DNA from: a virus
Direction: 5' to 3' (one strand)
IMG/VR virus record: IMGVR_UViG_3300027792_000010
Length of the DNA stretch: 64,000 nucleotides
This document shows positions 36,909 through 47,671 of the stretch, piece after piece. Positions within the stretch are counted from its first letter, which is position 1; the number at the start of each line of letters is the position of its first letter. The position numbers were made by a program, and so were the translations under genes. The notes under the pieces were generated by a model. It saw only the letters and a program-made list of their open reading frames with translations, was not told where the DNA came from and did not search any database.

Positions 36909-37310
36909 TTATGCTAAAGCACTTAGTCCTTTAGGTAACTTTTTCAGAGTATCTTTACGTACTTCTTCCGCTTGATCTATTAGTTTATTTCTATTTTGAC
37001 CAGCATTGAGTTTACTCAAGTAACGTACTAGGTCATGATATTCTGCATCTAACACGTCTTTAGTCTTTGCGGATTGTATATCTATTAATTTAGCTTCTAC
37101 ATCATTCTTTATTCTATTTTGATTAGTTCCTTCGGCTTGTAAGCTACCTATCATAGATAGAAGTGCTAAAGCCGCCCCGCCTATTACTTTCCCGAACATC
37201 CCTGCTTCAATACTATTTGCAGCAGCATCTAACATTTCAGCTTCTTTAATTAATCCCTTACTTTCAAGTGAGTTTGCGACTACATCTAAAATAGCAATTA
37301 CTTCTTTCAT
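36909..37310 (-). CDS. Probable virion protein with the shared LDxxAxSLExKGxIKEA module and a hydrophobic segment
   Basis: N-terminal module shared with 37307, 37878 (twice) and 49279. Confidence 0.6.
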   Translation of the reverse strand: MKEVIAILDVVANSLESKGLIKEAEMLDAAANSIEAGMFGKVIGGAALALLSMIGSLQAEGTNQNRIKNDVEAKLIDIQSAKTKDVLDAEYHDLVRYLSKLNAGQNRNKLIDQAEEVRKDTLKKLPKGLSALA

Positions 37311-37873
37311 GGCATATCTCCTGTTTTTAACTTTTCAAGGGTATATCTATAAAATAATTTTTCTATTGGTCCTGGTAATTTTTTATCTACTAATAAAAAA
37401 TTTACCATCATAGCAAAAGCCTCATGCGGTGTATTTTTCAAAGGTTTTTCTGCTTCTTCTACGATTTTTGGGGTTATTACATGACTAAAATAAGATCCGT
37501 TACCTAAATACCTATCAAGCCAGTGTCCAAGTTCGTGAGCTACAAAATCTTCTATAGTAGCTCCTATTTTTTTTAGACCTTCAAAGTCTATGTACAGGAC
37601 TCTGTTTTTTAAATCTATATACCCAGGTTCCCCTTTTGATTTAGTTTCATCATACTGTGGGTGTTGATTTGTTCTAAATTCATTTATACCTGGGAATATA
37701 TTAAATACTTTTTTAAAATCATTTATAACTTTTTTAGCTATGCTTTGATAATTAAGATACTCCATAGCATTAGCTGTAATATCTATACTATAGGCTTCTT
37801 TTATAAAACCTTTTTCTTCTATAGATGATGCTATACCATCTAATAGTATTGCTATTTTTTTATAATTTATCAT
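37307..37873 (-). CDS. Shared-module protein with an HExxH metallopeptidase motif
   Basis: N-terminal module; 'FVAHELGHW'. Confidence 0.65.
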   Translation of the reverse strand: MINYKKIAILLDGIASSIEEKGFIKEAYSIDITANAMEYLNYQSIAKKVINDFKKVFNIFPGINEFRTNQHPQYDETKSKGEPGYIDLKNRVLYIDFEGLKKIGATIEDFVAHELGHWLDRYLGNGSYFSHVITPKIVEEAEKPLKNTPHEAFAMMVNFLLVDKKLPGPIEKLFYRYTLEKLKTGDMP

Positions 37874-37877
37874 CTAA

Positions 37878-39140
37878 TTACTTTTTTATCTCATCAAGTA
37901 TCTTTATAACTGTAGTAGGGTGTACATCAGGTATTTCGCCCACAAGAAAATCTTCTAAATCTTGATATTTGCTCATAATATTAGCGGGGAATGCTTCTTC
38001 CATATATGCAAAAGACTTTTCTTGCAATCCTGCTCCATCCTCTGTTTCCATCAATTTAGTATAATTATCCCACCACTTTTTATTAGATAATTTTAATAGA
38101 TTAAGCTCATTACTATCTAATCTATTAAGAAATTCTTTAAATTTAGCCACCTGTACAGGCGTTAGTTTTTTACCCATCCCTGCTGTTTTAGGGACAGATT
38201 TCCAACCTATAGGTTGCTGCTCAGGCATGAGTTTATTCAGATATTTATAAATTTCTGGAAATCTTTTGAAGAACTTATCCTCTGTAATAGATATTCCATC
38301 CCATCTTCTTTCAGAGCTGTTCCATTTCTTCATAAACCTGATACCATCAGGGCCCTCAAACCATTTTTTAAGCATATCTTGCTCTGCTGGACCAAGATTA
38401 GCCCAAAGCTTTATAGGCATCTTATACTGATTCAAAGGATTACCTAAAGAATCCTGATTACTCTTATTTACAACTACTTCTAAAGTATTAGATATAATAT
38501 CAAGTTTTTCGGCTTCTTTTATTAATCCTTTACCCTCAGCATAACTAGCTACTTTATCTAATATTTCTAATTTAACTGCTGTATCTATACTATTATTTGA
38601 TTCTTCTTTTTCTAAGGTATTAGAGATTATATCTAATACCTCGGCTTCTTTTATTAACCCTTTACCCTCTAATGAATCAGATACCTCATCTATCATTGAG
38701 GACATCTTTTTAAATACTATTCCAAATTCTTTTTCCATTTCTTTCCTACCTTTTTGTTCTGACCTTTCAGCCTCTTGTTCTAATTGTTTTCTTTTAGTTT
38801 CTATATCTTCAGGATTTATTTTCTCTAACTGTTTTACATGAGTAGCCTCATGCTCCATAACTATCTTCTGTATATTCCTTTTTATGAGTTCTTTAAGCTT
38901 TTGATTCTCTTCTGGATTTGTAGGATGTATCTTTCCAAAAGACTTTTTTATGTTTTCTGAGCAAAGGTGTATGGTATGTGCATCTGCTCCCGGTATTACG
39001 TACCCTGCTATATCACCCTTACAAGAACGTTCTATTTTTACTTTATAAACGTGCTTGGAGGCTAACTGCCCTATTATCTCATTAAGGGCTTCATTGGCTA
39101 TTTGATCATAACCTTCTATACGAACTGATTTTTTATTCAT
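37878..39140 (-). CDS. HExxH protein carrying two internal copies of the shared module
   Basis: 'MEHEATHVKQ'; 'EGKGLIKEAE.LDIISNTLE' twice. Confidence 0.65.
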   Translation of the reverse strand: MNKKSVRIEGYDQIANEALNEIIGQLASKHVYKVKIERSCKGDIAGYVIPGADAHTIHLCSENIKKSFGKIHPTNPEENQKLKELIKRNIQKIVMEHEATHVKQLEKINPEDIETKRKQLEQEAERSEQKGRKEMEKEFGIVFKKMSSMIDEVSDSLEGKGLIKEAEVLDIISNTLEKEESNNSIDTAVKLEILDKVASYAEGKGLIKEAEKLDIISNTLEVVVNKSNQDSLGNPLNQYKMPIKLWANLGPAEQDMLKKWFEGPDGIRFMKKWNSSERRWDGISITEDKFFKRFPEIYKYLNKLMPEQQPIGWKSVPKTAGMGKKLTPVQVAKFKEFLNRLDSNELNLLKLSNKKWWDNYTKLMETEDGAGLQEKSFAYMEEAFPANIMSKYQDLEDFLVGEIPDVHPTTVIKILDEIKK

Positions 39141-39154
39141 ATAATACCCTAAAG

Positions 39155-39168
39155 ATTAAGAGATTATT
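39155..39168 (-). promoter_or_regulatory. Second promoter-like motif AATAAT-N4-YAAT (representative copy), candidate late promoter
   Basis: Copies at 8019, 39155, 40104, 54813, 57190, 56587 (minus) and 45618, 48571, 49215 (plus), each oriented toward and just upstream of a gene. Confidence 0.65.
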
Positions 39169-40075
39169 ACTCTTTTAGAAGAGTGTAATCTATATCATTT
39201 GAGAGTTCTTCTCCTATCCTCATATACTCTTTTGTGAACTCTATGGCATCCATTTTATCCATCTTCTTGTCTAATCCCATCTTTGTCACTCTTTGAAAAG
39301 TAACATTAGTAAGGGCTTCATCTATAGTATCCATCCATGTAGCCTGCAATAAAGAACTTTGTACCCTAGAAAGGCCGCCATCTACAGGATTCATGTAATA
39401 CTTAACCTGCCTTATATTCTTGTAGTTTTTGGCTTTATTGAATGGTATACTACAGTTACTACTCCCGCAACCAAGAGAAAGGATATGAACTCTTTCTTTA
39501 ATCCATCCCTGCCTACAAACTTCTATAAGGGACTCCATGATAGGACTATTCTCACCACCACAGCCCCCATCCATCCAAACGGATTGGGTTTCCTTGTCTA
39601 CAACAGTCCCAAAATAAAGAGGGGCGGCATATGAACGATCTATAGCCTCACACAACTTTAATGCCCCATCCTTGTTTTCCCAGGATTTGAAGTAGTGGGG
39701 TCTTCCATCGACCATATTTATGCTATTACATATGAATTTTGTTTTACACGCTTCTCTCATAGTCTTACCTGAAGGAATTACCTCAGCCATTATATTCTGT
39801 ACATCTTTTCTATCGTATTTAGGTTCTAATATAGGTATTCTTAGCCTTCGGTCGAAAATTATAGGTAGAGCACCAATAAACTTAGTGCTCAAGTATTCTG
39901 CGCTTATTAATCCGGTACTAAGCATCCCTCCTATAATAGCTCCTACTGATACTCCTATTATGATATCAAATTCCTCATGTATGGGTTTGCCGAGTTTCTC
40001 TTCCATATTTTTCAACATTGTCATAGGAATGGTACCCTTCGCTCCTCCACCATCTATAGCCAAAATTTTACGCAT
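39167..40075 (-). CDS. Patatin-like phospholipase
   Basis: 'ILAIDGGGAKG', GxSxG 'GVSVG', 'SYAAPLYF', 'MDGG'; start MRKILAID. Confidence 0.9.
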   Translation of the reverse strand: MRKILAIDGGGAKGTIPMTMLKNMEEKLGKPIHEEFDIIIGVSVGAIIGGMLSTGLISAEYLSTKFIGALPIIFDRRLRIPILEPKYDRKDVQNIMAEVIPSGKTMREACKTKFICNSINMVDGRPHYFKSWENKDGALKLCEAIDRSYAAPLYFGTVVDKETQSVWMDGGCGGENSPIMESLIEVCRQGWIKERVHILSLGCGSSNCSIPFNKAKNYKNIRQVKYYMNPVDGGLSRVQSSLLQATWMDTIDEALTNVTFQRVTKMGLDKKMDKMDAIEFTKEYMRIGEELSNDIDYTLLKE

Positions 40076-40128
40076 ATGTCCTCCTTTTTTATATGAGAAC
40101 CGCATTAATACATTATTGTTGATATAAA

Positions 40129-40164
40129 AAAGAAGAGGCCGGATTTCTCCGACCTCTTCTTTTT
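40129..40164. terminator. Intrinsic terminator
   Basis: AAAAAAGAAGAGG..CCTCTTCTTTTTT hairpin flanked by A and T runs. Confidence 0.75.
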
Positions 40165-40183
40165 TAGTTAAAATATTCTTTTA

Positions 40184-40651
40184 TTAAGAGTGGCGCTCTA
40201 ACCAGTATTGTACATCATCTACCATGTTGTCTATCAAGCTATCTCTTTTCTGAGATTCCCACATAATATCCAATTCTGAAGCTGTTGGAATGCTTTCAGA
40301 AAACATGAAAGCCCAATCTTCAATACCTAAAAGTGTTTTTCCTGTTTTGAGGTAGTATTGATAACACAAACGAAGTAGGATCATGAGTACTCCGGGTGTA
40401 TCGCACATAGTCATAATAGAAATTGAAAAAAAGAAATCGGTAATAGTAAATGGAAGTTTATAGGCTTTAATTCGTTTGAGGAAAATCTGAACAGGGAAAC
40501 TATCTAGCATTTCTTTTTCTGTTTGATCGAGCGGAACTTCTTTATCTTTTAACATGAGAAGATTAATAACTAGTAATAAGTTCTCTTTACTTAACGGTTC
40601 ACCTTTAAATACGAACTTAGGGAATACTTTTGTATCTTCCATTTGTGTCAC
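40184..40651 (-). CDS. Hypothetical protein
   Basis: ORF track. Confidence 0.55.
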   Translation of the reverse strand: MTQMEDTKVFPKFVFKGEPLSKENLLLVINLLMLKDKEVPLDQTEKEMLDSFPVQIFLKRIKAYKLPFTITDFFFSISIMTMCDTPGVLMILLRLCYQYYLKTGKTLLGIEDWAFMFSESIPTASELDIMWESQKRDSLIDNMVDDVQYWLERHS

Positions 40652-41207
40652 TTTCTCTTATAGGTTTGACCTGTAGATAAGTCGTTTTGCAACCTATCTT
40701 TGTTATGTACCTTCCGTATACATTAGAATCATCTATCAACATATCTATCTTATGCTCTTTACACATCTGTGCTTTAGTCTCATCCCAAACCTCCTGGTCC
40801 ATCCAAGGATTACCTTTTTCATCAAAATGTACTCTTACATCTTTTTTATTTACATGGAAATCCGTTATAGAGAGGAGATGGTCCCACTCCATACCAATTT
40901 CACGTAGCTTCTCTATGAGCTTCGGGGTTATCTTTGCTCCTGTGATGATATAAACGGTATGCCCTCTGCTTCTCAATCTTATGCTGAACTTCGAGAAGAA
41001 CTTAGGTTTGGCATCGATTACTCCATGAATATCGAGTCCTATCTTGAGAGGTTCTACAGACTCTTCTATTATACCGGGTTCCATACCTATATCCCATATT
41101 CTTTTCTTTGTAACTGCAAATTCTTTTTCTAAACAATAGATTTCGAAAAGGGCATTTGCTGCGTTAGCGTCACTTAAAGCTTTTTTAATTATATCAAAGT
41201 TTGCCAT
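40617..41207 (-). CDS. HAD-superfamily (5'-nucleotidase-like) protein
   Basis: 'IGLDIHGVI', 'YIITG', 'KIDMLIDD'. Confidence 0.72.
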   Translation of the reverse strand: MANFDIIKKALSDANAANALFEIYCLEKEFAVTKKRIWDIGMEPGIIEESVEPLKIGLDIHGVIDAKPKFFSKFSIRLRSRGHTVYIITGAKITPKLIEKLREIGMEWDHLLSITDFHVNKKDVRVHFDEKGNPWMDQEVWDETKAQMCKEHKIDMLIDDSNVYGRYITKIGCKTTYLQVKPIRESDTNGRYKSIP

Positions 41208-43116
41208 TCAGAGCCTGCTCTTTCAGATTGTAGTACCCACGAGTCAGATACCAACAATTTAAACTCTCACGTAAATCGAACCCAAAAGCTCTGCGAGTCA
41301 CAGCGAGTACTGGAGGGGCTTGGATACGCTTAGCTACTGCCATGCCTTTAAACAGCTTATACCAGTGTTCTATATCATCTGTGAAAGCTTTTGCTGTAGG
41401 GAATAGCTTGTATACATCCATCCCTTCAGGAACTTTCAACTTATTATTGATTGTACCATTCAGATACCAGTTCAAATTGTCTTCTGGAGTCTTCCGATAC
41501 CAGGACTCTACCCAAGTGTAGAATAGTCTGCTGTGATACCAGTATACGAGAGGATCTCCCTTACCATCATCTACGCTCTGGTTATTCGACAGTTCTGCTG
41601 AAGCAACTACAGTGAAAGCCTCTTCAGGGATAACTGGATAAGTCTTGTTCAAATATTCTCCCAGTTCGTATACCATAGGCTTTCTAAGGTCACCAAGAGC
41701 TGCGAGGAATCCCGCTACATCCCCGTAAAGGGTGGCATAACCTACGGTACCCTCATCCTTATTCCCGTTATTCGTAAAAACACCACCCCAAGCGCTTGAA
41801 AGTGCCGAAAGGATTCGGCTCGAACGATCTCGGGCCTGTACATTCTCCATATGTGTAGGAGTGAGGTTCAGGGTTTTTTTCTCCCACAAAGAGTCACAGT
41901 CAGAATGATAAGGTATAACATAATCAGTATGCATCATTGTTATCTTTTTGAAACGTTTTAGCTCTAAACCATCAATCTGTTTTTTAGTTAGATTTACAGA
42001 ATCTTCTATAGGAATGCTGGTATAGTAGCATTCTATATTCTTTGCTAATTTTCTTGCTATGCTTATCGTAGTCTTTGAATTGTACTTCGAAGGCATGTTA
42101 ACCAGAAGAAGATTCTCCGGTCCTACCACCTGAGCATATAGCGAGGCTGCTACACATGAGTCTATTCCACCCGAGGCACCGATAACAACTCTCTTAGTCC
42201 CGCAGGCTTCCAGATATTTGCCTATGCCATACTTGAGAGCTTCTGCTACTTCGGCTATATCAGATTCGGGAAGGTTACACACCTCTCCAGGAAACATTTG
42301 CTTTGAATAAGTACACCACTCAACATACATCATATGCTCTTTGAACATAGGTGCTTGAGCAATGATTTTACCAGTCTCATCATACACTACCGAAGAACCA
42401 TCAAAAGTATAAATAGTTTTTCCATTATTCTGTATGCCTACAGCATTCACATATATGATAGGCATACCCAAGTATTTGGCATGTCTTTCACCAAATACCC
42501 TGTTTCTGCTGTTGTTTTTACCTATGGTATAAGGCGAACAGCTGATGTTTATCATCAAATCTGCTTCATTCTCTCTGTAGCATTCCATAGGGTTGATGGG
42601 ATAATCGTCATCCCACCCATCTTCACAGATAGTAAGGCCAACTTTGGTGTCCTTGATATTTTGTGGGGTAAAGTATTTCCTTGTTTTAATATCCGACACT
42701 TTAACCTCATATCCTAAAGCAGGTCTGAAATGACGAGGTTCTTCAAACTCTCGATAGTTAGGGAGAAGGGTCTTTATGTAGTATCGAACTGTCCTGTTTG
42801 TTGCACATATTAAAACATTACGTATGATAGATCTTCCATCTGTGTGCTTGATACCCCAATCTACATCTATACTCCCAAAGATGATTGTAATATCATCCGA
42901 AAGAGCTATTACATCATTGTTGTAATCCATACAGTCTTTGAGGAAAGATTCTTCTTCCCACATATCTCCAAGGAGATATCCAGGTATCATTAGTTCTGGG
43001 AATACTACAATATCTGCGTGATTGGCTTTAGCCGTCGATACATACTCCATGACTTTTTTGAAGTTTTTGGAGGGATCTGCAGGGATAATTTCTACTTGTG
43101 CTAATGCTATTTTCAT
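41194..43116 (-). CDS. nadE: Glutamine-dependent NAD+ synthetase (nitrilase plus synthetase domains)
   Basis: 'VVFPEL', 'KTLLPNYREFEEPRHF', 'ICEDGW', 'SGGIDS', 'NVQARDR', 'GYATLYGD', 'SAEL'. Confidence 0.95.
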   Translation of the reverse strand: MKIALAQVEIIPADPSKNFKKVMEYVSTAKANHADIVVFPELMIPGYLLGDMWEEESFLKDCMDYNNDVIALSDDITIIFGSIDVDWGIKHTDGRSIIRNVLICATNRTVRYYIKTLLPNYREFEEPRHFRPALGYEVKVSDIKTRKYFTPQNIKDTKVGLTICEDGWDDDYPINPMECYRENEADLMINISCSPYTIGKNNSRNRVFGERHAKYLGMPIIYVNAVGIQNNGKTIYTFDGSSVVYDETGKIIAQAPMFKEHMMYVEWCTYSKQMFPGEVCNLPESDIAEVAEALKYGIGKYLEACGTKRVVIGASGGIDSCVAASLYAQVVGPENLLLVNMPSKYNSKTTISIARKLAKNIECYYTSIPIEDSVNLTKKQIDGLELKRFKKITMMHTDYVIPYHSDCDSLWEKKTLNLTPTHMENVQARDRSSRILSALSSAWGGVFTNNGNKDEGTVGYATLYGDVAGFLAALGDLRKPMVYELGEYLNKTYPVIPEEAFTVVASAELSNNQSVDDGKGDPLVYWYHSRLFYTWVESWYRKTPEDNLNWYLNGTINNKLKVPEGMDVYKLFPTAKAFTDDIEHWYKLFKGMAVAKRIQAPPVLAVTRRAFGFDLRESLNCWYLTRGYYNLKEQALNGKL

Positions 43117-43122
43117 AAATAC

Positions 43123-44325
43123 TTACTCCGCTATGTGCTTTGCGTAGTTAAGGAATATAAGGTCTTTACACTGTGCCTTCATAGGATCATCGCTGAGTTT
43201 GCAGACAGGACGACCATTGGCTCTGACTATTTTTATGATCTGATTTAAGGCTTTATGTTCTGGTATAGATGGTATATGATTCGAAAGAAAAGTTCCAATA
43301 CCATGCGACACATTTAGGATATGACCAAACTTAGAACTCAGGTCAAAAGCCTTGGTAAAAGTCAAGTTGTCCGAGAATAGCAGAGTTTTATCAGTAGGAT
43401 CAATACCCTCTCTGCTGTAGGCTCTGAGACGCTTCTCGGCCCACTGAAAAGGGTCTCCTGAGTCGTGTCTTTGACCTGTATACTGTATCATAAGCTCTTT
43501 TGTGAAATCTCGGTCCCATTTATTGCTGCCGAGGGTGTCTGTTAGGGCAATACCAAGCCACCCACGGTAGAATTCGATCCAGTCCTCAAGGGCTTTCTTC
43601 TGAGAATCTTCAAGATGGTATAGAGCTTGATAAAACATGGGAAATTCATGAGCCAAGGTACCCACAGCCTTCAATCCGTGAGTTTTAGCAAAAAGCATAT
43701 TAGATGTGCCAACGAGTTGAGTAGGAAAATATCCTTTCAGTTGTTTAACCATCCACCCCTGAAATTCTTGGCATAGTCTGCGTCGTGTCCCGAATTCTGA
43801 GAAAAGAAAGCGCACTTTAGGATTCTGCTCAAGAACCTTCAGGAAATCTTCTATCTTCTTGGATAAGTCTGCTTTTGCCGTATCTACAATTTTTTGAAAC
43901 CCCTGTTCATACTTCTTTCTGAAATAAAGCTCCGAGATGGTATACATCATAGGCATCTCCCAGAGCGAAACTTCTTCTATAGGCCCATCGAAGCATATTT
44001 CAATGCCTGGATTTGTATCGATCTTTTTGATTTGTACTTGTCGGGGATCAAAATGAAACTTTGCAAGAAAATTCACGAGGTAGTCTTGAGTTACCTTCGT
44101 ATTCTCGAATAGCCACTTCTGTTCATCCCTCTGCAGGGTGACATCCGACATAGCTTCAATTTGTTCACACAGGTCATTGTAGATAGGTCGAAGGTCTACC
44201 GAGGTGTCACGACACTTGTAGGCATAGGTAGCGGGGGTCCCACGGAACTTATCCCAGAAGATACATCCCATGTGAAATTTATACACATCATCATCGAGGT
44301 GACTTGTGAAGATCGCATTATTCAT
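43123..44325 (-). CDS. pncB: Nicotinate phosphoribosyltransferase
   Basis: 'LDDDVYKFHM', 'EFGTRRR', 'GTSN', 'GTLAHE', 'ALTDT', 'RHDSGDP', 'KLSDDPMK'. Confidence 0.93.
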   Translation of the reverse strand: MNNAIFTSHLDDDVYKFHMGCIFWDKFRGTPATYAYKCRDTSVDLRPIYNDLCEQIEAMSDVTLQRDEQKWLFENTKVTQDYLVNFLAKFHFDPRQVQIKKIDTNPGIEICFDGPIEEVSLWEMPMMYTISELYFRKKYEQGFQKIVDTAKADLSKKIEDFLKVLEQNPKVRFLFSEFGTRRRLCQEFQGWMVKQLKGYFPTQLVGTSNMLFAKTHGLKAVGTLAHEFPMFYQALYHLEDSQKKALEDWIEFYRGWLGIALTDTLGSNKWDRDFTKELMIQYTGQRHDSGDPFQWAEKRLRAYSREGIDPTDKTLLFSDNLTFTKAFDLSSKFGHILNVSHGIGTFLSNHIPSIPEHKALNQIIKIVRANGRPVCKLSDDPMKAQCKDLIFLNYAKHIAE

Positions 44326-44537
44326 AAATACTACCCTTTCTTGGGTAAACAGGTGTGTATGATTAATTTTGCTTCTGGGTAATCTTTTTGTATTTGTGAT
44401 AATAGGTCATTCTCTATATCAAAATTCTTTTCATTATAAGATTATGCCCTCTTAAATCTAAGCCAGAGCGAGGTAACACCCAACAGTCTATCAAGTATGT
44501 CATAAAATCTCCTCGCCTATAATATACTTTTTTATAT

Positions 44538-45452
44538 TTATGGTTGAAAATCTTTCTTTTCCAAAGCACTTAAAATTAACTGTATTTTAGCATCTATATC
44601 TTTTACAGAAATGTATTCATTTTGCTGATTTTTGGAAGAATCAGTTGAATAATGTTCTTCTAAAATTTCTGTAAGAAGCTTTTTTAAAGCTCCTTCTTGA
44701 GGTTGAGGAGGAAGAGAACATTTTCTTGATAGCTCCGTTACATAATCCATTCTTTTCTGAAATTCTTTATCGAATCTATCAAAATCACCCCACTCTCCAA
44801 CACGCATAACTTTACACTCCTCTTTACATCTCATTAGATCTATATCCCCTGTGGTTAGGATTTGATCTAATTGATCCAATAATCTAAGAGTATGATAAGC
44901 CATTTTTATATCATACCCATATTTCTCTATTATGGCTTTTCTATCTTCCGTCTCAGGATTTCTTTGTCTTATTCTATGCATTTGCCCATTAGCGTAACCT
45001 TTGAAGGAATGAAAAGTTTTCATAGATAAAAATAGTCTTCTGTTATCTCTAAGATACCACCCCATCTTAGTACCTACAGTAACTAGCTCTCTTCTTACAA
45101 ATAGACATTCAATTAGGTTGGGGGAGCCTTTTAGTCCAGCATGTACAAAAAATTCTATAAGAGAGATCCATTCTGCTTCAAAGGGTTTATCTCCTATTAT
45201 AGTCTTTTTTCCTTTTAACTCTTTTCTTTTGAATTCTGGGAGGTTGTCATACCCTAGTATAAATCCGTAATTCTGAGGATATAGGTGTTCGTGTTTTGGC
45301 AGAACTATAGCGGTAATATCATAATCACTCTTATCTGTTTGACATCCGTAGGCATGAGATCCTACTATGGTCTCTAACATGAGATTATCTACAAGCCACT
45401 GCTCATTTTTTTGAAACTTTCCGTTTTGAGCAAACCACTGTGTATAATTCAT
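44538..45452 (-). CDS. Pol beta-superfamily nucleotidyltransferase (RlaP/YcgL-like)
   Basis: 'IVGSHAYG...SDYD', 'GSPNLIECLF', 'SFKGYA', 'YDIKMAYHTLRLL'. Confidence 0.85.
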   Translation of the reverse strand: MNYTQWFAQNGKFQKNEQWLVDNLMLETIVGSHAYGCQTDKSDYDITAIVLPKHEHLYPQNYGFILGYDNLPEFKRKELKGKKTIIGDKPFEAEWISLIEFFVHAGLKGSPNLIECLFVRRELVTVGTKMGWYLRDNRRLFLSMKTFHSFKGYANGQMHRIRQRNPETEDRKAIIEKYGYDIKMAYHTLRLLDQLDQILTTGDIDLMRCKEECKVMRVGEWGDFDRFDKEFQKRMDYVTELSRKCSLPPQPQEGALKKLLTEILEEHYSTDSSKNQQNEYISVKDIDAKIQLILSALEKKDFQP

Positions 45453-45682
45453 TTACTGCTCCTATTATAATAAATTAGAAAATGCCTTAACAATATACTT
45501 TTTAGATATTAAAAATAAAAAAATTATTTTTTACTATAGGTCAAAATCATCGAATTTTTCTTTAAAAAATTGAAAATATCTATTACATTAAAGGAGGTTT
45601 TGTGATGACGTACCCCTAATAATTTTCTAATATAGAGAGTTAGGTACAAAAATAATAAAAATATTAAAATGGAGGAACCAGT

Positions 45683-47671
45683 ATGGAGTATCGGTACATT
45701 CGAGACAGTGAATACATGTTTGAAACAAAATCTTTTTCTTTGTCTGATAACTTTTTAGAGACCTATAAAAACAAACAGCCTAATTGGGGTCCTCTTGGGT
45801 ATATAACTTATAAAAGAACTTATGCTAGAGCGCTTCCGACTGGGGGTACTGAAGAATACTGGCAAACATTGAATAGAGTGATAAATGGTGTTTTTACTAT
45901 CCAAAAACAATGGTGCAAGCAATTAGGACTTCCGTGGCTTGATTCAAAAGCTCAAAAAACAGCTCAGAAAATGTACCAAAAAATGTGGAACTTTAAAATG
46001 CTCGCTCCAGGCAGAGGACTCTGGATCATGGGTACAGAGTTTATAGAAAAGCATGGATCTGCGGCTCTAAATAATTGTGCTTTTACAAGCACTGAGGATA
46101 TTGATATAAAACATTCTAAATCTTTTGAATTTCTTATGGATATGTCAATGTTAGGTGTTGGTGTGGGCTTTGATACTCTTGGGGCAGGGAAAATAACGAT
46201 AAAAGACCCTAAAGACAACGGCACCTATGCGATCCCGGATAGTCGAGAAGGGTGGGTAGAAAGCTTAAAAAAGCTATTAGATTCTTATTTTATTGGGAAG
46301 CCAAAATATGTTTTTGATTATTCGCTTATAAGACCTGCTGGGGCTCCTATTAAAGGTTTTGGTGGGGTTTCTTCAGGTTTTGAACCCTTGAAAAAAATGC
46401 ACGAGAATATAGAATCCTTGCTTATATCTCGTATAGGTCAACCTATAAAATCTACAGACATAGTAGATATTATGAATATGATAGGTTGTTGTGTGGTTTC
46501 TGGTAATGTTAGACGTAGCGCTAGTATAGCTTTAGGTTACCCAGATGATACCGAATTTCTAACTATGAAGCAGGATATAAAAAAGTTAGAAAGTCATAGG
46601 TGGGCTTCTAATAATTCTATATTAGCAAAAATGGGTATGGATTACGGTCCGATAGTGGAGAGTGTGTGGAAGAATGGGGAACCTGGGGTAGTTTGGATGG
46701 AAAATGCCCAAAAATACGGAAGATTAAAAGATGGTATAACTTGGGCAGACAAACTAGCTAAAGGACTTAACCCTTGTGGCGAGCAAACATTAGAGTCCTT
46801 TGAATTATGTTGTCTTGTAGAGACGTTCCCTTCCAATCACGATTCCTATGAGGAATATGAGGATACTTTAAAATTGGCGTATCTTTATGGGAAAACAGTT
46901 ACTTTAGTAAATACTCATTGGGCAGAAACCAATGCAGTAATGCTAAAAAATCGTCGTATGGGGATTTCTCAAACAGGTATCATTAATGCTTTTGGGAAGC
47001 ATGGTTTTAACAATATGATAAGCTGGTGCGATAAAGGATACAAGTATCTAAAAAGTATAGATGAACTGTATTCATCTTGGCTATGCGTTCCTTTATCGAA
47101 GAAGTTAACAACAGTAAAACCTTCCGGTACTGTATCACTGCTGGCTGGGGTTTGTCCTGGTATACATTATCCACATTCAGAATATTATATACGCCGTATA
47201 AGATTTAATAGTAATAGCGAATATCTCCCATTTTTGAAAGATGCAGGATACAAAATCGAGGATGATGTCTATTCAAAAAACTCAGTATGTGTAGAGTTCC
47301 CTATTAAAGAGCCGTTTTTTACAATAGGTAAAAATGATATATCTGTATGGGAGCAACTCGAAAATGCAGCTATCTATCAAAATTTTTGGTCAGATAATCA
47401 AGTTAGTATTACTGTGACGTTTAAGGAGGAAGAAAAAGTTGACTTGAAAAGGGCGCTTAATTATTTTGAACACAGACTCAAAAGTGTTAGTTTACTACCT
47501 TATAAAGATCATGGGTATAAACAAGCTCCTTATGAACAGATTACAGAAGACGAGTACAATATACGGATCAAAAATATAAAACCCTTAATACTCTCGAACA
47601 ATAAGCTATCTTCTGGGTCTGGGGAAAAATTTTGTTCGAACGATTCTTGCGAGATAACATTTAAAAAATAG
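45683..47671 (+). CDS. nrdJ: Class II (B12-dependent) ribonucleoside-triphosphate reductase
   Basis: 'TYKRTYAR', 'PGRGLW', 'NNC', 'GNVRRSA', 'NPCGE...C.LVE', 'TVKPSGTVSLLAG', C-terminal 'FCSNDSC'. Confidence 0.95.
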   Translation: MEYRYIRDSEYMFETKSFSLSDNFLETYKNKQPNWGPLGYITYKRTYARALPTGGTEEYWQTLNRVINGVFTIQKQWCKQLGLPWLDSKAQKTAQKMYQKMWNFKMLAPGRGLWIMGTEFIEKHGSAALNNCAFTSTEDIDIKHSKSFEFLMDMSMLGVGVGFDTLGAGKITIKDPKDNGTYAIPDSREGWVESLKKLLDSYFIGKPKYVFDYSLIRPAGAPIKGFGGVSSGFEPLKKMHENIESLLISRIGQPIKSTDIVDIMNMIGCCVVSGNVRRSASIALGYPDDTEFLTMKQDIKKLESHRWASNNSILAKMGMDYGPIVESVWKNGEPGVVWMENAQKYGRLKDGITWADKLAKGLNPCGEQTLESFELCCLVETFPSNHDSYEEYEDTLKLAYLYGKTVTLVNTHWAETNAVMLKNRRMGISQTGIINAFGKHGFNNMISWCDKGYKYLKSIDELYSSWLCVPLSKKLTTVKPSGTVSLLAGVCPGIHYPHSEYYIRRIRFNSNSEYLPFLKDAGYKIEDDVYSKNSVCVEFPIKEPFFTIGKNDISVWEQLENAAIYQNFWSDNQVSITVTFKEEEKVDLKRALNYFEHRLKSVSLLPYKDHGYKQAPYEQITEDEYNIRIKNIKPLILSNNKLSSGSGEKFCSNDSCEITFKK

